Positions 27,646 to 37,493 of a stretch of DNA of 39,824 nt are shown here, piece by piece. The stretch is from an uncultured bacterium (GTDB lineage Bacteria; Actinomycetota; Humimicrobiia; Humimicrobiales; Humimicrobiaceae). Both the position numbers and the translations under genes were made by a program. The stretch is taken from NCBI GenBank assembly GCA_965549355.1, contig CBEVGD010000003.1, positions 1 through 39,824 of the forward strand. Direction: 5' to 3'. Within the stretch, counting starts at the first letter, position 1. Every line of letters begins with the position of its first letter. The notes below the pieces were generated by a model that did no database searches, was not told the origin of the DNA, and saw only the letters and a list, made by a program, of their open reading frames with translations.

Positions 27646-28606
27646 TAATATTTCCTTCTTTTAACTTTTCTCTATACCAATCAATAAAATATCCCAGACC
27701 TTCCTCTATAGGGGTCCGGGGGTCATATTCTATCAGTTTTTTGGCTCTTTCAATATCAGCATAAGTGATAAATACATCTCCAGGCTGCGGTTCCACATGT
27801 TTTATCACAGCTTTCCTGCCGGTTTTTTCCTCAATAAGCTTTACCAGGTCCAATAGCCTGACAGGATAAGAATTTCCCAGGTTTATGATCTCATAGCCGG
27901 AGACCAGGTCGAGACTGCCTGTTATCCCGTTTATTATATCATCTATATATGTATAATCCCTGGATGATGAGCCGTCCCCGTATATTTCTATCGGGTCTCC
28001 ATTGAATATTTTTCTTACAAATTTGTGAATAGCCATCCCGGGCCTTTGTCTGGGACCATATACAGTAAAGAACCTGAAAGCTAATACCGAGATATTATAA
28101 AGATGGTGATATGTATAGCATATAAGCTCTCCGGACTTCTTTGTCGCGGCATAGGGTGATATGGGAAAGTCGACCTTATCTGTCTCCGAAAATGGTACTT
28201 TCTTATTTCCGCCATACACAGAAGAAGAGGAGGCAAAAATGAATCTATTTATGGATCTTCCCCTGCAGCTTTCAAGCAAATTTATCGTACCTTCGACATT
28301 TACTTTCTCATAAAGCGCTGCATTTGAAAGAGAGGGCCTGACGCCGGCCCGGGCAGCAAGGTGGATGACTATATCTATATTGTGGGACGAAAATATCTCA
28401 TGCACGGCCGTCCTGTCCACTATATCTGCTTTGTGCAATATGAAGTTTTCATTATCTATTATATCTTTTAGATTATATTCCTTGATGGCAGGATCATAGC
28501 AGTCATTAAAATTATCTATGCAGATCACTCTATGGCCGAGCCCTATTATTTTCTCTGAAAGGTGTGAGCCGATAAAACCGGCCCCTCCTGTAATAAGTAT
28601 GTTCAT
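27638..28606 (-). CDS. NAD-dependent NDP-sugar epimerase (UDP-glucuronate 4-epimerase-like)
   Basis: TGGAGFIGSH, HLAARAGVR, ASSSSVYG, SPYAATKK, RFFTVYGPRQRP, QPGDV. Confidence 0.88.
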   Translation of the reverse strand: MNILITGGAGFIGSHLSEKIIGLGHRVICIDNFNDCYDPAIKEYNLKDIIDNENFILHKADIVDRTAVHEIFSSHNIDIVIHLAARAGVRPSLSNAALYEKVNVEGTINLLESCRGRSINRFIFASSSSVYGGNKKVPFSETDKVDFPISPYAATKKSGELICYTYHHLYNISVLAFRFFTVYGPRQRPGMAIHKFVRKIFNGDPIEIYGDGSSSRDYTYIDDIINGITGSLDLVSGYEIINLGNSYPVRLLDLVKLIEEKTGRKAVIKHVEPQPGDVFITYADIERAKKLIEYDPRTPIEEGLGYFIDWYREKLKEGNING

Positions 28607-28742
28607 ATTTATTTTTCTAAAAATATTTCCGCCTGCAATGGGCGGCAGGATTTTGAATTAATTATACACAAAAAACAGCTTTAAGTAATATATTTAAAAA
28701 ATAAGCTGATGCATGGGCTGTCTTTTATCCAATAGAAGAGAA

Positions 28743-30635
28743 TTAATTCTTCATTTTCTCGGCCAGTTCATTTAGATATGTCCACCGCTGTATTTTTTCG
28801 CCAAGCTCTGCCTGGAGTTCTTTTTGCCGGGCAGCAAGCTCCTTCATTTTTGAAGGATTGGACCAGCTATCGTTTATTTCCTGCTCGATCCCTGTCAGGG
28901 AAGATTCTATTGTCTCAATGACTCTATCGATTCCGGCAAACTCCCTGCTTTCAGCAAAAGTAAATTTTGGTTTTTTATTGATTTTTACCGGGTCCTTATC
29001 CCTGTTTGCCGATTTACTTTTTTTTAATATCCCGGACTTCCCGCGTGATAAGCTGCGTCTATATGCCTCAAGGTCATTATAGAACTCAATTTTTCCATTG
29101 CTTTTGACTGCTATTATCCTGTCAGTTGTCTTGTTTAAAAAATATCTGTCATGGGATACCACAAGAACGGCTCCCGGGAAGTATTCCAGATATTCCTCCA
29201 GTACTTCCAGGGTCTGGATATCGAGATCATTTGTCGGCTCATCGAGAAGCAAGACATTAGGCTTTTCAATCAGCACTTTAGCGAGGTAGAGCCGCCTTTT
29301 CTCACCGCCGGAAAGACTATTTATCAAATTGTATTGATGGCTGCTTTCAAAAAGGAACCTTTCGAGCATCTGACCCGCTGAAATAGAGCCGCCATTGCCT
29401 GTCTCGACATATTCTGCCGTTTGCCTGATATAATCTATTGCCCGGATAGAGGGATCCATATCTTCATTATTCTGGCGGTAATAAGCGACTTTGACCGTTT
29501 TGCCGATATCGACGCTGCCTGTATCCGGAACAGTCAATCCGGCAATAAGATTTAGAAGGATCGTCTTCCCGGCTCCATTTGGGCCGACTATGCCTATCCT
29601 GTCGCTACGGCCCAGAAGGAAACTAAAGTTCTTTATCACTGCCTCGCTATCGAATGATTTGGAAACATTGTCAAATTCAACTACCTTTTTCCCAAGACGG
29701 GTATAGGCTGCCGGTATTTCGAATTGCCTGCCGGTAATTTTATTTCCAGCTTTTTTGATCTCCTCAAAACGCTGGATCCTGGCTTTCTGTTTGGTCGTTC
29801 TTGCTCTGGCTCCCCTCCGTATCCAGGCCAGCTCATTTGCGTATAGCCTCCTGCGCTTTTTTTCCATAGAAGTCTGTACTTCTTTTTGAAGAGTCTTCTT
29901 TTCCAGATAATATTCAAAGCTGCCATTATATGAATAGAGCCTGCCCCTGTCGATCTCAATAATACGGTCGACTACCCTGTCCAGAAAATAACGGTCATGG
30001 GTCACAAGAAGCAGCGCCCCCTTTTGCTGGCTCAAATAATCCTCAAGCCATTCAATCGTCTCAAGATCTATATGGTTGGTAGGTTCATCCAGGATCAGGA
30101 GGTCCGCAGGCTGGATAAGTGCCTCTGCCATGGCAATTCTTTTTCTCTGTCCTCCTGACAGCTCTCCGACTTTTCGGTTCATATCTGATATGCCGAGCTT
30201 GCTCAGGATGCTTTTAGCTTTGCTTTCCAGGGTCCAGGCATTAAGTTCGTCCATTCTTGAGGTATGCTCCATTAGCATGTTTTGAAGGTTTTTGTCGTCC
30301 GGCGCCCTTTCCATGCGGTTCATTATGTCCCCATATAATCTGACAGTCTTCATCAGTTGGTTTCCGCCCTGCAGAATCTGCTCCAGCACAGTCATATTTC
30401 CATCAAATCTTAAGTCCTGTGATAGATGCCGGATCTTTAAATTATTTCCCCTGACGATGCTTCCTGAGTCAGGTTCGACGGCCCCGCTGACCATATTTAG
30501 GAATGTAGATTTTCCTGCTCCATTAATACCGACCACGCCAATGCGGTCGCTATCGGTGATCCCAAGAGATATATGCTCAAATAGTATCTTCTCATTAAAG
30601 CTCTTCGCCGCATCTTCGATAGAAATAATATTCAT
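28743..30635 (-). CDS. ABC-F family ATPase, Uup-like
   Basis: Start moved to ATG 30635 (MNIISIE..., TAATG overlap); two ABC cassettes (GINGAGKST, LSGGQ, LDEPTNH; GPNGAGKT, LSGGE, LDEPTND), ARARTTKQKARI linker, C-terminal coiled coil, no TM. Confidence 0.92.
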   Translation of the reverse strand: MNIISIEDAAKSFNEKILFEHISLGITDSDRIGVVGINGAGKSTFLNMVSGAVEPDSGSIVRGNNLKIRHLSQDLRFDGNMTVLEQILQGGNQLMKTVRLYGDIMNRMERAPDDKNLQNMLMEHTSRMDELNAWTLESKAKSILSKLGISDMNRKVGELSGGQRKRIAMAEALIQPADLLILDEPTNHIDLETIEWLEDYLSQQKGALLLVTHDRYFLDRVVDRIIEIDRGRLYSYNGSFEYYLEKKTLQKEVQTSMEKKRRRLYANELAWIRRGARARTTKQKARIQRFEEIKKAGNKITGRQFEIPAAYTRLGKKVVEFDNVSKSFDSEAVIKNFSFLLGRSDRIGIVGPNGAGKTILLNLIAGLTVPDTGSVDIGKTVKVAYYRQNNEDMDPSIRAIDYIRQTAEYVETGNGGSISAGQMLERFLFESSHQYNLINSLSGGEKRRLYLAKVLIEKPNVLLLDEPTNDLDIQTLEVLEEYLEYFPGAVLVVSHDRYFLNKTTDRIIAVKSNGKIEFYNDLEAYRRSLSRGKSGILKKSKSANRDKDPVKINKKPKFTFAESREFAGIDRVIETIESSLTGIEQEINDSWSNPSKMKELAARQKELQAELGEKIQRWTYLNELAEKMKN

Positions 30636-32431
30636 TATGGCAGCTGATAGATGAAGGCCGGGTCCCAATCATCGCCCGGTATGCTGGTGAGGCGCGTCTC
30701 TCCCGATCCGTCCAGGTTTATTATAAATATCTCGCTCTGTCCGTCTACACTCGATTCAAAGGCTATAATAGAATTATCAGGCGATATAAAGGGATGCCCG
30801 CTATTGGGCCTATCTGACATTCTGCGGATATTTTCACCATCTCCATCCATTATATAGACAAACTTGATATCTCCTTCATATCCCATAAAAGCTATGTACT
30901 CTCCGTCCACTGATATACAGGGCACCCTTTTGCGGGCGCTGCTTTCTGAGAGCTTCTCAATATTATCCCCGTCATGGTCCATTATATATATATCCTCATG
31001 GCCCCCCACGCCTGATTCAAATATGACCCTATGCCGGTATGGGTGTGCAAATGGGTGCCAGTCATATGCGCCGGCATTAAAGGTAAGCCTTTCCCGTCCG
31101 CTTCCATCGCTATTTATCCTGTATATCTCCCAATCCTCATCCTTGTAGACTTCATAAAAAATATACCTGCCGTCAAAGGACCAGGTTGGATATCCGCTTC
31201 TGACAGGATCATCTGTTAACTGGATCTTGTTTTCTCCATCCCAGTCCATAACCACTATCTGCCAATATCCATCAATATCTGAAGTATAGGCTATCTTCTT
31301 TCCGTCAGGGGAGACATCAGGGTATGCATCTTTATTGATGTTTTCTGTAAGCTGTGTTAATCCCGAACCATCCAGATTGATGCTGAATATATCTTCATTT
31401 CCATTTTTGTTTGAGGTAAATACTATCTTCTTGTTTATATATTCAATATTTGTATCCCTGGGTCCGGTATTCTGAACATCATCTGTGCTCACTGCCCATC
31501 CGGTTACTTCTATTGAACCGCCGCTAAACTCAGCATCTACTGAGATTGTCGTATTTAAAGCGCTCTTTTCCCCTTCCATTACTATATCCCTCATAGCCAG
31601 GGCATATGTACCGCTTTTTGAATATGAATAGATATAGATCGTGTTCCAGGTTCCCGGCCCGAGCTTGCCTGCATCAAAAGTAAAGTTATAGCCGGAAGCA
31701 CTATAATTTGCATTTCCATATGCATTGGCTACATCCTGTCGTTCAAGGCCGTAATCAGCTTCTCCAAGGAAGGTTCCGAAGTTCCTCGGTCCGTTCAGAT
31801 ATATTTCTATCTTTTCTATACCTGTATTTTCCTGGACCGAAAGATCTGCGGACCATCCGGATATGCGGAGGTTTTTCTTATCCCCTTCCTTGATAACTGC
31901 ATCATGGCCCGGTCCGTCTATATGAAGCTCTATATTCTGAGAGTGGTCCGCATCTCCTTCCACGGGCACTCTCTGCCTTATATAATCCCATCCATATTTC
32001 GGTATAAAAGCATATACATACATATAATGTATGGAGCCGGGTTCAAAGTCATATCCGGTATTTTTTGATGCAAGTAAAAAACCTGACTGTGAGAGCCTGT
32101 CCCCGTATATAGAATAGGCATCTTTTGAAGTCAGGCCGTATTTGGCCTCTCCAAGGAAAATGCCCTCATCGCGGAGGCCGCCAAGGTATATCTCTATTGC
32201 TGAAATCTTCTCAGGGTCGGGTTCCTCCTCCTCAACCGGCTCTTCTTCGGTCCCGGGGCCGTTTTCCTCCGGCATGGAAGGGGGTTCTTTTTTTATGATT
32301 TCCGGCGTTTCTTCAATAGGCGGTTTTTCTTCGGTTACGGAAGGACCCAGCATGCTCTTGCCTGCCATTGTTCCAAAGAGTATGACCGCAGAGATTAGAA
32401 GCAGTATTAAAATCGTTGTAACAGTTTTCAT
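30635..32431 (-). CDS. membrane-anchored TolB-like (PD40 beta-propeller) protein with Ig-like repeats, paralog A1
   Basis: N-terminal TM/signal, acidic linker, IYLxG..LGEA.YG repeats, then PDVSPDGKKIAYTS, PTWSFDG, PFISPDN repeats. Confidence 0.85.
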   Translation of the reverse strand: MKTVTTILILLLISAVILFGTMAGKSMLGPSVTEEKPPIEETPEIIKKEPPSMPEENGPGTEEEPVEEEEPDPEKISAIEIYLGGLRDEGIFLGEAKYGLTSKDAYSIYGDRLSQSGFLLASKNTGYDFEPGSIHYMYVYAFIPKYGWDYIRQRVPVEGDADHSQNIELHIDGPGHDAVIKEGDKKNLRISGWSADLSVQENTGIEKIEIYLNGPRNFGTFLGEADYGLERQDVANAYGNANYSASGYNFTFDAGKLGPGTWNTIYIYSYSKSGTYALAMRDIVMEGEKSALNTTISVDAEFSGGSIEVTGWAVSTDDVQNTGPRDTNIEYINKKIVFTSNKNGNEDIFSINLDGSGLTQLTENINKDAYPDVSPDGKKIAYTSDIDGYWQIVVMDWDGENKIQLTDDPVRSGYPTWSFDGRYIFYEVYKDEDWEIYRINSDGSGRERLTFNAGAYDWHPFAHPYRHRVIFESGVGGHEDIYIMDHDGDNIEKLSESSARKRVPCISVDGEYIAFMGYEGDIKFVYIMDGDGENIRRMSDRPNSGHPFISPDNSIIAFESSVDGQSEIFIINLDGSGETRLTSIPGDDWDPAFIYQLP

Positions 32432-32690
32432 TGATATAGCAAGTCTTATAGTCTTATTTTAATGCCACTTAATTATAAAGTTATATTCTTCAAAGTCAAA
32501 ACCTTATAGGAGTGCCGCAGCTGCCGGCCCACATAAAATATTTGCCAGTATTTATATGATCATACGAGGCTGATTCAGGAGGGCGGTTTTATATTTAAAT
32601 GTTCTCCATGAATAAGTTATTATATATTTTTATGATTTATGGTATTTTTATTTATATAAGGTTTGTACTATTTTATTTTTGGAGCAGCCT

Positions 32691-33212
32691 ATGAGGATTT
32701 TTTTAATAATATTATCTTTTATAAACACCCTTTTATATGTACTGATATATGCATATTACGACACTATACTGGGTCTTCTGGGAACCTCATTACTATCGGC
32801 AGGCATGCAGAACTTTCTTAAAGCGGCAGTCCTTATAGCCGCCGGCTTCTGTATAGGACTCATGCCGATGCTCTTATTGTCTCCCGGGATAATGAGGAGC
32901 CGGTTCGATGTAAAGAACCTTCTTCTGGTGGGGACGGTCCCTTTTATACTCCTTGTACTTTCTCCGGGTCCCGTGACAGATATGATAGCATCCAGGATAT
33001 TTGGAAACAATGAAAGCATAAGGGAAATGCTGTTTTACCTTTTATCCAGGCAGGTCCTGTGGTCCGTGTGGCTTGGATTTGCGGCGGGCACTTCTGTGAG
33101 GATCCATTTTGGCAGAAGAAGACAAAAGCATACAGCAAGCTATATTTCGGGCGAAAAAGAAATGCCGAAAACAGGGCAGGATGAAAATCAGGAGAGCAGG
33201 GAAGCTTTTTAA
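32691..33212 (+). CDS. hypothetical 4-TM membrane protein, paralog B1
   Basis: ATG 32691 after GGAG; four hydrophobic segments; homologous to 33271-33768. Confidence 0.8.
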   Translation: MRIFLIILSFINTLLYVLIYAYYDTILGLLGTSLLSAGMQNFLKAAVLIAAGFCIGLMPMLLLSPGIMRSRFDVKNLLLVGTVPFILLVLSPGPVTDMIASRIFGNNESIREMLFYLLSRQVLWSVWLGFAAGTSVRIHFGRRRQKHTASYISGEKEMPKTGQDENQESREAF

Positions 33213-33270
33213 ACAGATATTATATGTTTCCATCCGGAGGCAGGCATAGGCGGAGGAGTTGAGGGACCAT

Positions 33271-33768
33271 ATGGCAGGGGATTACGGAAAAATGAGATTC
33301 ATCCTCATAATCATAAGTTTTATAAATATTTTTCTTTATTATGCTGCGTATGCATATTTTGATAGTATTCTTGCTGCTCTTGCCAGATATGAGCTTCCCC
33401 TGAGTTTTCTTACCTTCCTGAAATATTTTATAATCTTTGTGCTGGGCTTTTTGATTGGTTTTCTGATAATTCTCGCTATGAGGCTGAGAGTCAGCATGAA
33501 TTACTTCGACTTAAAGGTACTTCTGATGGTAGGGCTTGTTCCGGCGCTTGCTATCATCCTTTCATATTCCGGTCTGGTAAGTTTTCTTGTAAACTCTATC
33601 TTTAAATCCAATGAGGCTATAAGTGAGCTGTATTATTATTTCTTCTCAAGGACCGATATATGGGCCCTCTGGCTGGGTGTTGCGACCGGTTCGTCGATCA
33701 GGCTCAAACTGCTCCATAAGAAAAAGTATAAGCATCAGGCGATCGAACAAAGGACAAATCACTTCTGA
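33271..33768 (+). CDS. hypothetical 4-TM membrane protein, paralog B2
   Basis: Start 33271 or 33292; MRFILIIISFIN vs MRIFLIILSFIN, FDLKVLLMVGLVP vs FDVKNLLLVGTVP, WALWLG vs WSVWLG. Confidence 0.8.
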   Translation: MAGDYGKMRFILIIISFINIFLYYAAYAYFDSILAALARYELPLSFLTFLKYFIIFVLGFLIGFLIILAMRLRVSMNYFDLKVLLMVGLVPALAIILSYSGLVSFLVNSIFKSNEAISELYYYFFSRTDIWALWLGVATGSSIRLKLLHKKKYKHQAIEQRTNHF

Positions 33769-35729
33769 TACATGAAGCAGGCATCGCTGTCCTTATACCC
33801 GCTATTGGTAATGTTTGTCTTATTGCCGGTTTCTATATTAAATATTATAAGGTCCTCTTTCCCGCCGGATTTTTCCTCATAGACGATCAGTTTATCATCG
33901 GGAGAAAACATGGGATGTCCGTCCCAATCGCCATTATACGTGATTCTTATTTCATTCTGATCCCTTATGTCTGCATAATATACTTCGCTATTGTCTCCGA
34001 AGTATCTGGTATATGTGATCTTTGTCGAATCATTTGAGAGGTCGGGGGTCCTGCGGCGCACATGGCCGCTGAAGATCCTGGAGACTGCCGAACCGTCATG
34101 GTTCATTATATAGATATCATCATGTCCGGGCATACCGGATTCAAATATTATCTTGGAATCGAAAGGATGGCCATTTGGATGCCAGTCATGCCCTCCGCTG
34201 TTATGGGTGAGCCTTATCTGATCCGTCCCATCGCTCTTTATGCGGAAAAGCTCCCAATCGCCATCAAGGTATGCTTCAAAATAGATATATTTCATATCGT
34301 AAGACCAGGAAGGATAGGCGGACCTGACACTATTATGGGTTATCTGTTTTTTATTCTGCCCGTTCCAGTCCATTATTACTATCTGCCAGATGCCGTTGAT
34401 ATCTGAGGTATAGGCTATCTTTTTTCCATCCGGGGATACTTCGGGGTAGAGATCGGCGCCATTGTGGTCAGTCAGTCTCTGCCAGTCCGAACCATCGATA
34501 TTGATGCTGTATATATTGTCATTTCCATCCCGGTTGGATTTAAATACCAGCTTTTTTATGGCAGATCCACCGGAAGCGGAAGACTGAGAATCCTCCGGAG
34601 CTGGAGTCTGGCCGGCGCTGCTTTCCTCTTTCTGCTGTTGCAGGAATTTCTCCACTCTGCCGATCTCTACAGCATAGCCCTCTATATAAAGCTTATTATC
34701 GGAGATAATGTCCCCAAAATTGACCACAACTTTAATGACAGCTTTTTTTTCTTTTTCGCCTGAAATATAAATATCGGTTTTTTCAAAATTATATGAATTG
34801 GGATTGCCCGAACTATCAGCGTATATAAAAAGCGTATGCTTTGAACCGGGTTTCAGGCCGGGATCCTCAATACTCATGTCAAAACCGCTATAAAGGTAAT
34901 TTCCATTATTAAAAAATTCTACGACTCCGCTGCGCGGGATCCCATAATCAGCATCTCCGAGATGTCTTCCGAAATCTGCGGGGCCGTCCAGATATATGCT
35001 GACCTTTCCTATGCCTGTATTGTCTGAGGAAATGGTATCAAGGGCCCATCCCTTTATTCTCGCAAGGCCCTCTATTACCTTCTGCCGGGCAGGTTCGTCA
35101 ATGAATATCTTGATACTGGTGTCTCCGGGTTTCTGGCCGGTGATATTTATCTCTTCCCGTATATGATCCCATCCTGATTCTGTATTATAATAATATATAT
35201 AGAGGAAATGAGTCGACCCGGCCTTCAACTCAAGGTCTGTATTGTCCCATTCAAATCTAAAACCGGTATCTGCAAGGTCCGGTCCATAAAGTTCCGCGGC
35301 CCTGGAAGAATCAATGCCGTATGAAGCGGCACCAAGATATATTCCGTTTTCCATATCCCCGTCCAGATATATCTTTACTGTGTCCTGCTCAGGGTCCCCG
35401 CCTTCCCGGGCCGGAAAAGACTCTGGTGCGGTCGTGTCATCCTGTTCAGTGTTCTGCTCTTCCTCTGCAGGGGCATCTTCGTCTTCTATGTCAGCATCGG
35501 GGCCGCCTGACTTTATTTCATCCTGCGAGGGATTTTCCAGGCTCTGTGCTTCCGGCATGGTATCGGGCTTTATATCAGATATTATGGATAAGCTTTCATC
35601 TTTGACTGGTTCTTCCGCAGTTAGCTCCATATTGCGGCTGGAAGAAGCCATCTGGCTGAAAATAGTGGTGAGAAAGAGAGAGGAAATTATTACAAATAAT
35701 ATTAAAAACAATATTAAGATAACTCTCAT
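33759..35729 (-). CDS. membrane-anchored TolB-like (PD40 beta-propeller) protein with Ig-like repeats, paralog A2
   Basis: Same architecture as 30635-32431; YPEVSPDGKKIAYTSDINGIWQIVIMDWNG near-identical to A1. Confidence 0.85.
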   Translation of the reverse strand: MRVILILFLILFVIISSLFLTTIFSQMASSSRNMELTAEEPVKDESLSIISDIKPDTMPEAQSLENPSQDEIKSGGPDADIEDEDAPAEEEQNTEQDDTTAPESFPAREGGDPEQDTVKIYLDGDMENGIYLGAASYGIDSSRAAELYGPDLADTGFRFEWDNTDLELKAGSTHFLYIYYYNTESGWDHIREEINITGQKPGDTSIKIFIDEPARQKVIEGLARIKGWALDTISSDNTGIGKVSIYLDGPADFGRHLGDADYGIPRSGVVEFFNNGNYLYSGFDMSIEDPGLKPGSKHTLFIYADSSGNPNSYNFEKTDIYISGEKEKKAVIKVVVNFGDIISDNKLYIEGYAVEIGRVEKFLQQQKEESSAGQTPAPEDSQSSASGGSAIKKLVFKSNRDGNDNIYSINIDGSDWQRLTDHNGADLYPEVSPDGKKIAYTSDINGIWQIVIMDWNGQNKKQITHNSVRSAYPSWSYDMKYIYFEAYLDGDWELFRIKSDGTDQIRLTHNSGGHDWHPNGHPFDSKIIFESGMPGHDDIYIMNHDGSAVSRIFSGHVRRRTPDLSNDSTKITYTRYFGDNSEVYYADIRDQNEIRITYNGDWDGHPMFSPDDKLIVYEEKSGGKEDLIIFNIETGNKTNITNSGYKDSDACFMYQK

Positions 35730-35783
35730 ATAAAAATCTTAAAAATCTTTCAAGTTTTTTGTTTTTATTATAGTATTATAAAT

Positions 35784-35805
35784 AATTTATTTGTACAAAT
35801 AAATT
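35784..35805. promoter_or_regulatory. perfect 22-bp palindrome in divergent promoter region (candidate operator)
   Basis: aatttatttgt|acaaataaatt between divergent starts 35729 and 35974. Confidence 0.5.
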
Positions 35806-35973
35806 TAAGCTTGCTAAAATAAAGCATTGCCCTCTAAAATAAAAATGAGGGTATTACGGCACTGTCTTTAGGAAATGAAACGATAACTTTTGATTCCGAC
35901 TGAAGAAATAATTGATATAGTATAGCCTGGCTATTAAAAGAAAAATATGATTATTTTTTATTGGCATAGATAG

Positions 35974-37470
35974 ATGAACAGCAAGAAAATACTGATCCTC
36001 GGCATGAGCCCCATGCCTTTTGAAAATGACAGAAAGGTATATGGGACCGGCATAAGAACCTGGCAATTTATCCGGCCCCTCCTGGAGAAGGGGCACAGGC
36101 TCTGCATTGCAGGATATGCCATACCTTCAGCTTATCCCGATGGGTTCAAAAGCATAAAAGGGAAAAACTGCCATTATGGCGGATACGAGTTTGAATACCA
36201 TATACTTGAGAAAGATGATTTTGAAAACACCGGTCTTCTAACAGACATGGCCCGGAGCTTTGGGCCGGATTGCATCATAGGCTGCACTTTTTATCCTTCA
36301 TATTTTGCCGCAAAGATAAAGGATGCGATAGCTGAGGATCCCGGGGGGATAAAAGTACCTCCCCTGTGGGCAGATCTATTCGGACATGTTATGGCGGAAG
36401 CCCAGGCACGGGCATTTATAGACGGCAATGATGCGCCACTCTTTCATTACTGGAACAGCGAATACAATATTCTCAAAACGGCGGACATTTTCTCATGCGT
36501 ATCGGGAAGGCAGGAATATGCCACTATAGGCGAACTTGGAGCAGTGGGAAGGCTCAATAGATTCACTTCCGGATATGAGTTTACAAATACGATACCCTGC
36601 GGCCTTCCTCTGGAAGATTATGAGCATAAAAAAACAGCCATAAGGGGAAAACAGGGGATAAGCAAAGATGATTTCGTGGTGCTCTGGTCAGGCGGATATA
36701 ATACCTGGACAGATGTAGACACTCTTTTCAACGGGCTCGAAAGAGCTATGGAAAAGGATCCTTCGATAAAATTCGTCTCAACTGGAGGGGAAATACCAGA
36801 ACAGGACCTCAGGACCTATCCCCATTTCCTCTCACTTATAAAGTCAAGCAGGTTTGCCGGCCGGTTTATCATGAAGGGCTGGATCCCCGGAGAAGAGGTC
36901 CCGGATCATTACCTTGAGGCTGATATAGGGATAAATATAGATAAAGATATATATGAAGTGCGGCTGGGAAGCAAGAATAGGATACTTGACTGGTTCAGGG
37001 CCGGACTTTGCGTGCTTTCCTCAGATGTGTGCGAGCTTACCGGCCAGATGGCAGATGCAGAAGCAGGGTATGTTTTCAGGCCGGGAGATCCAGAGGACCT
37101 TGCAGATAAATTATTAATGCTGGCATCCGACAGGGAAAAGACAGGGGCAGCCGGCCGGGCCGGAAGGCAGTTTGGCCTTAAGGAGTTTGGTTTTAAAAGG
37201 ACCACGCGGCTTCTTCAGCAGTGGGTGGAGGATCCGGCGATGGCTCCAGACTATGGAAGGGTAAAAGGACTGCTTTTTGAAAAGGAAAGGGCCCTTAAGA
37301 ACCTCGGGGGAATCGCAGACAGGCAGAAGAAGATGATAAAAGAGCGGGACGGGAAGATCTCAGAACTGGAAGGCATGGTAAAGGGGCGGTTTCCCTACAG
37401 GATATATAATTATTTGAAGATGGCGGGCAGAAAGATCAAAAATAGAAGTATGACGGATGATCCGGGGTAA
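35974..37470 (+). CDS. GT4-like glycosyltransferase
   Basis: YGTGIRTWQF, DIFSCVSGRQ, VLWSGGYNTWTD, SKNRILDWFRAGL; paralogous to the C-half of 11858-14368. Confidence 0.85.
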   Translation: MNSKKILILGMSPMPFENDRKVYGTGIRTWQFIRPLLEKGHRLCIAGYAIPSAYPDGFKSIKGKNCHYGGYEFEYHILEKDDFENTGLLTDMARSFGPDCIIGCTFYPSYFAAKIKDAIAEDPGGIKVPPLWADLFGHVMAEAQARAFIDGNDAPLFHYWNSEYNILKTADIFSCVSGRQEYATIGELGAVGRLNRFTSGYEFTNTIPCGLPLEDYEHKKTAIRGKQGISKDDFVVLWSGGYNTWTDVDTLFNGLERAMEKDPSIKFVSTGGEIPEQDLRTYPHFLSLIKSSRFAGRFIMKGWIPGEEVPDHYLEADIGINIDKDIYEVRLGSKNRILDWFRAGLCVLSSDVCELTGQMADAEAGYVFRPGDPEDLADKLLMLASDREKTGAAGRAGRQFGLKEFGFKRTTRLLQQWVEDPAMAPDYGRVKGLLFEKERALKNLGGIADRQKKMIKERDGKISELEGMVKGRFPYRIYNYLKMAGRKIKNRSMTDDPG

Positions 37471-37493
37471 TGATCTGAAGGTCTCAGGATAAT

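Noticed and set aside
30635-35729. Calling the propeller proteins tolB / a Tol-Pal system
   Set aside because: No TolB N-domain and no tolQRA/pal neighbours; only PD40 repeats are shared.
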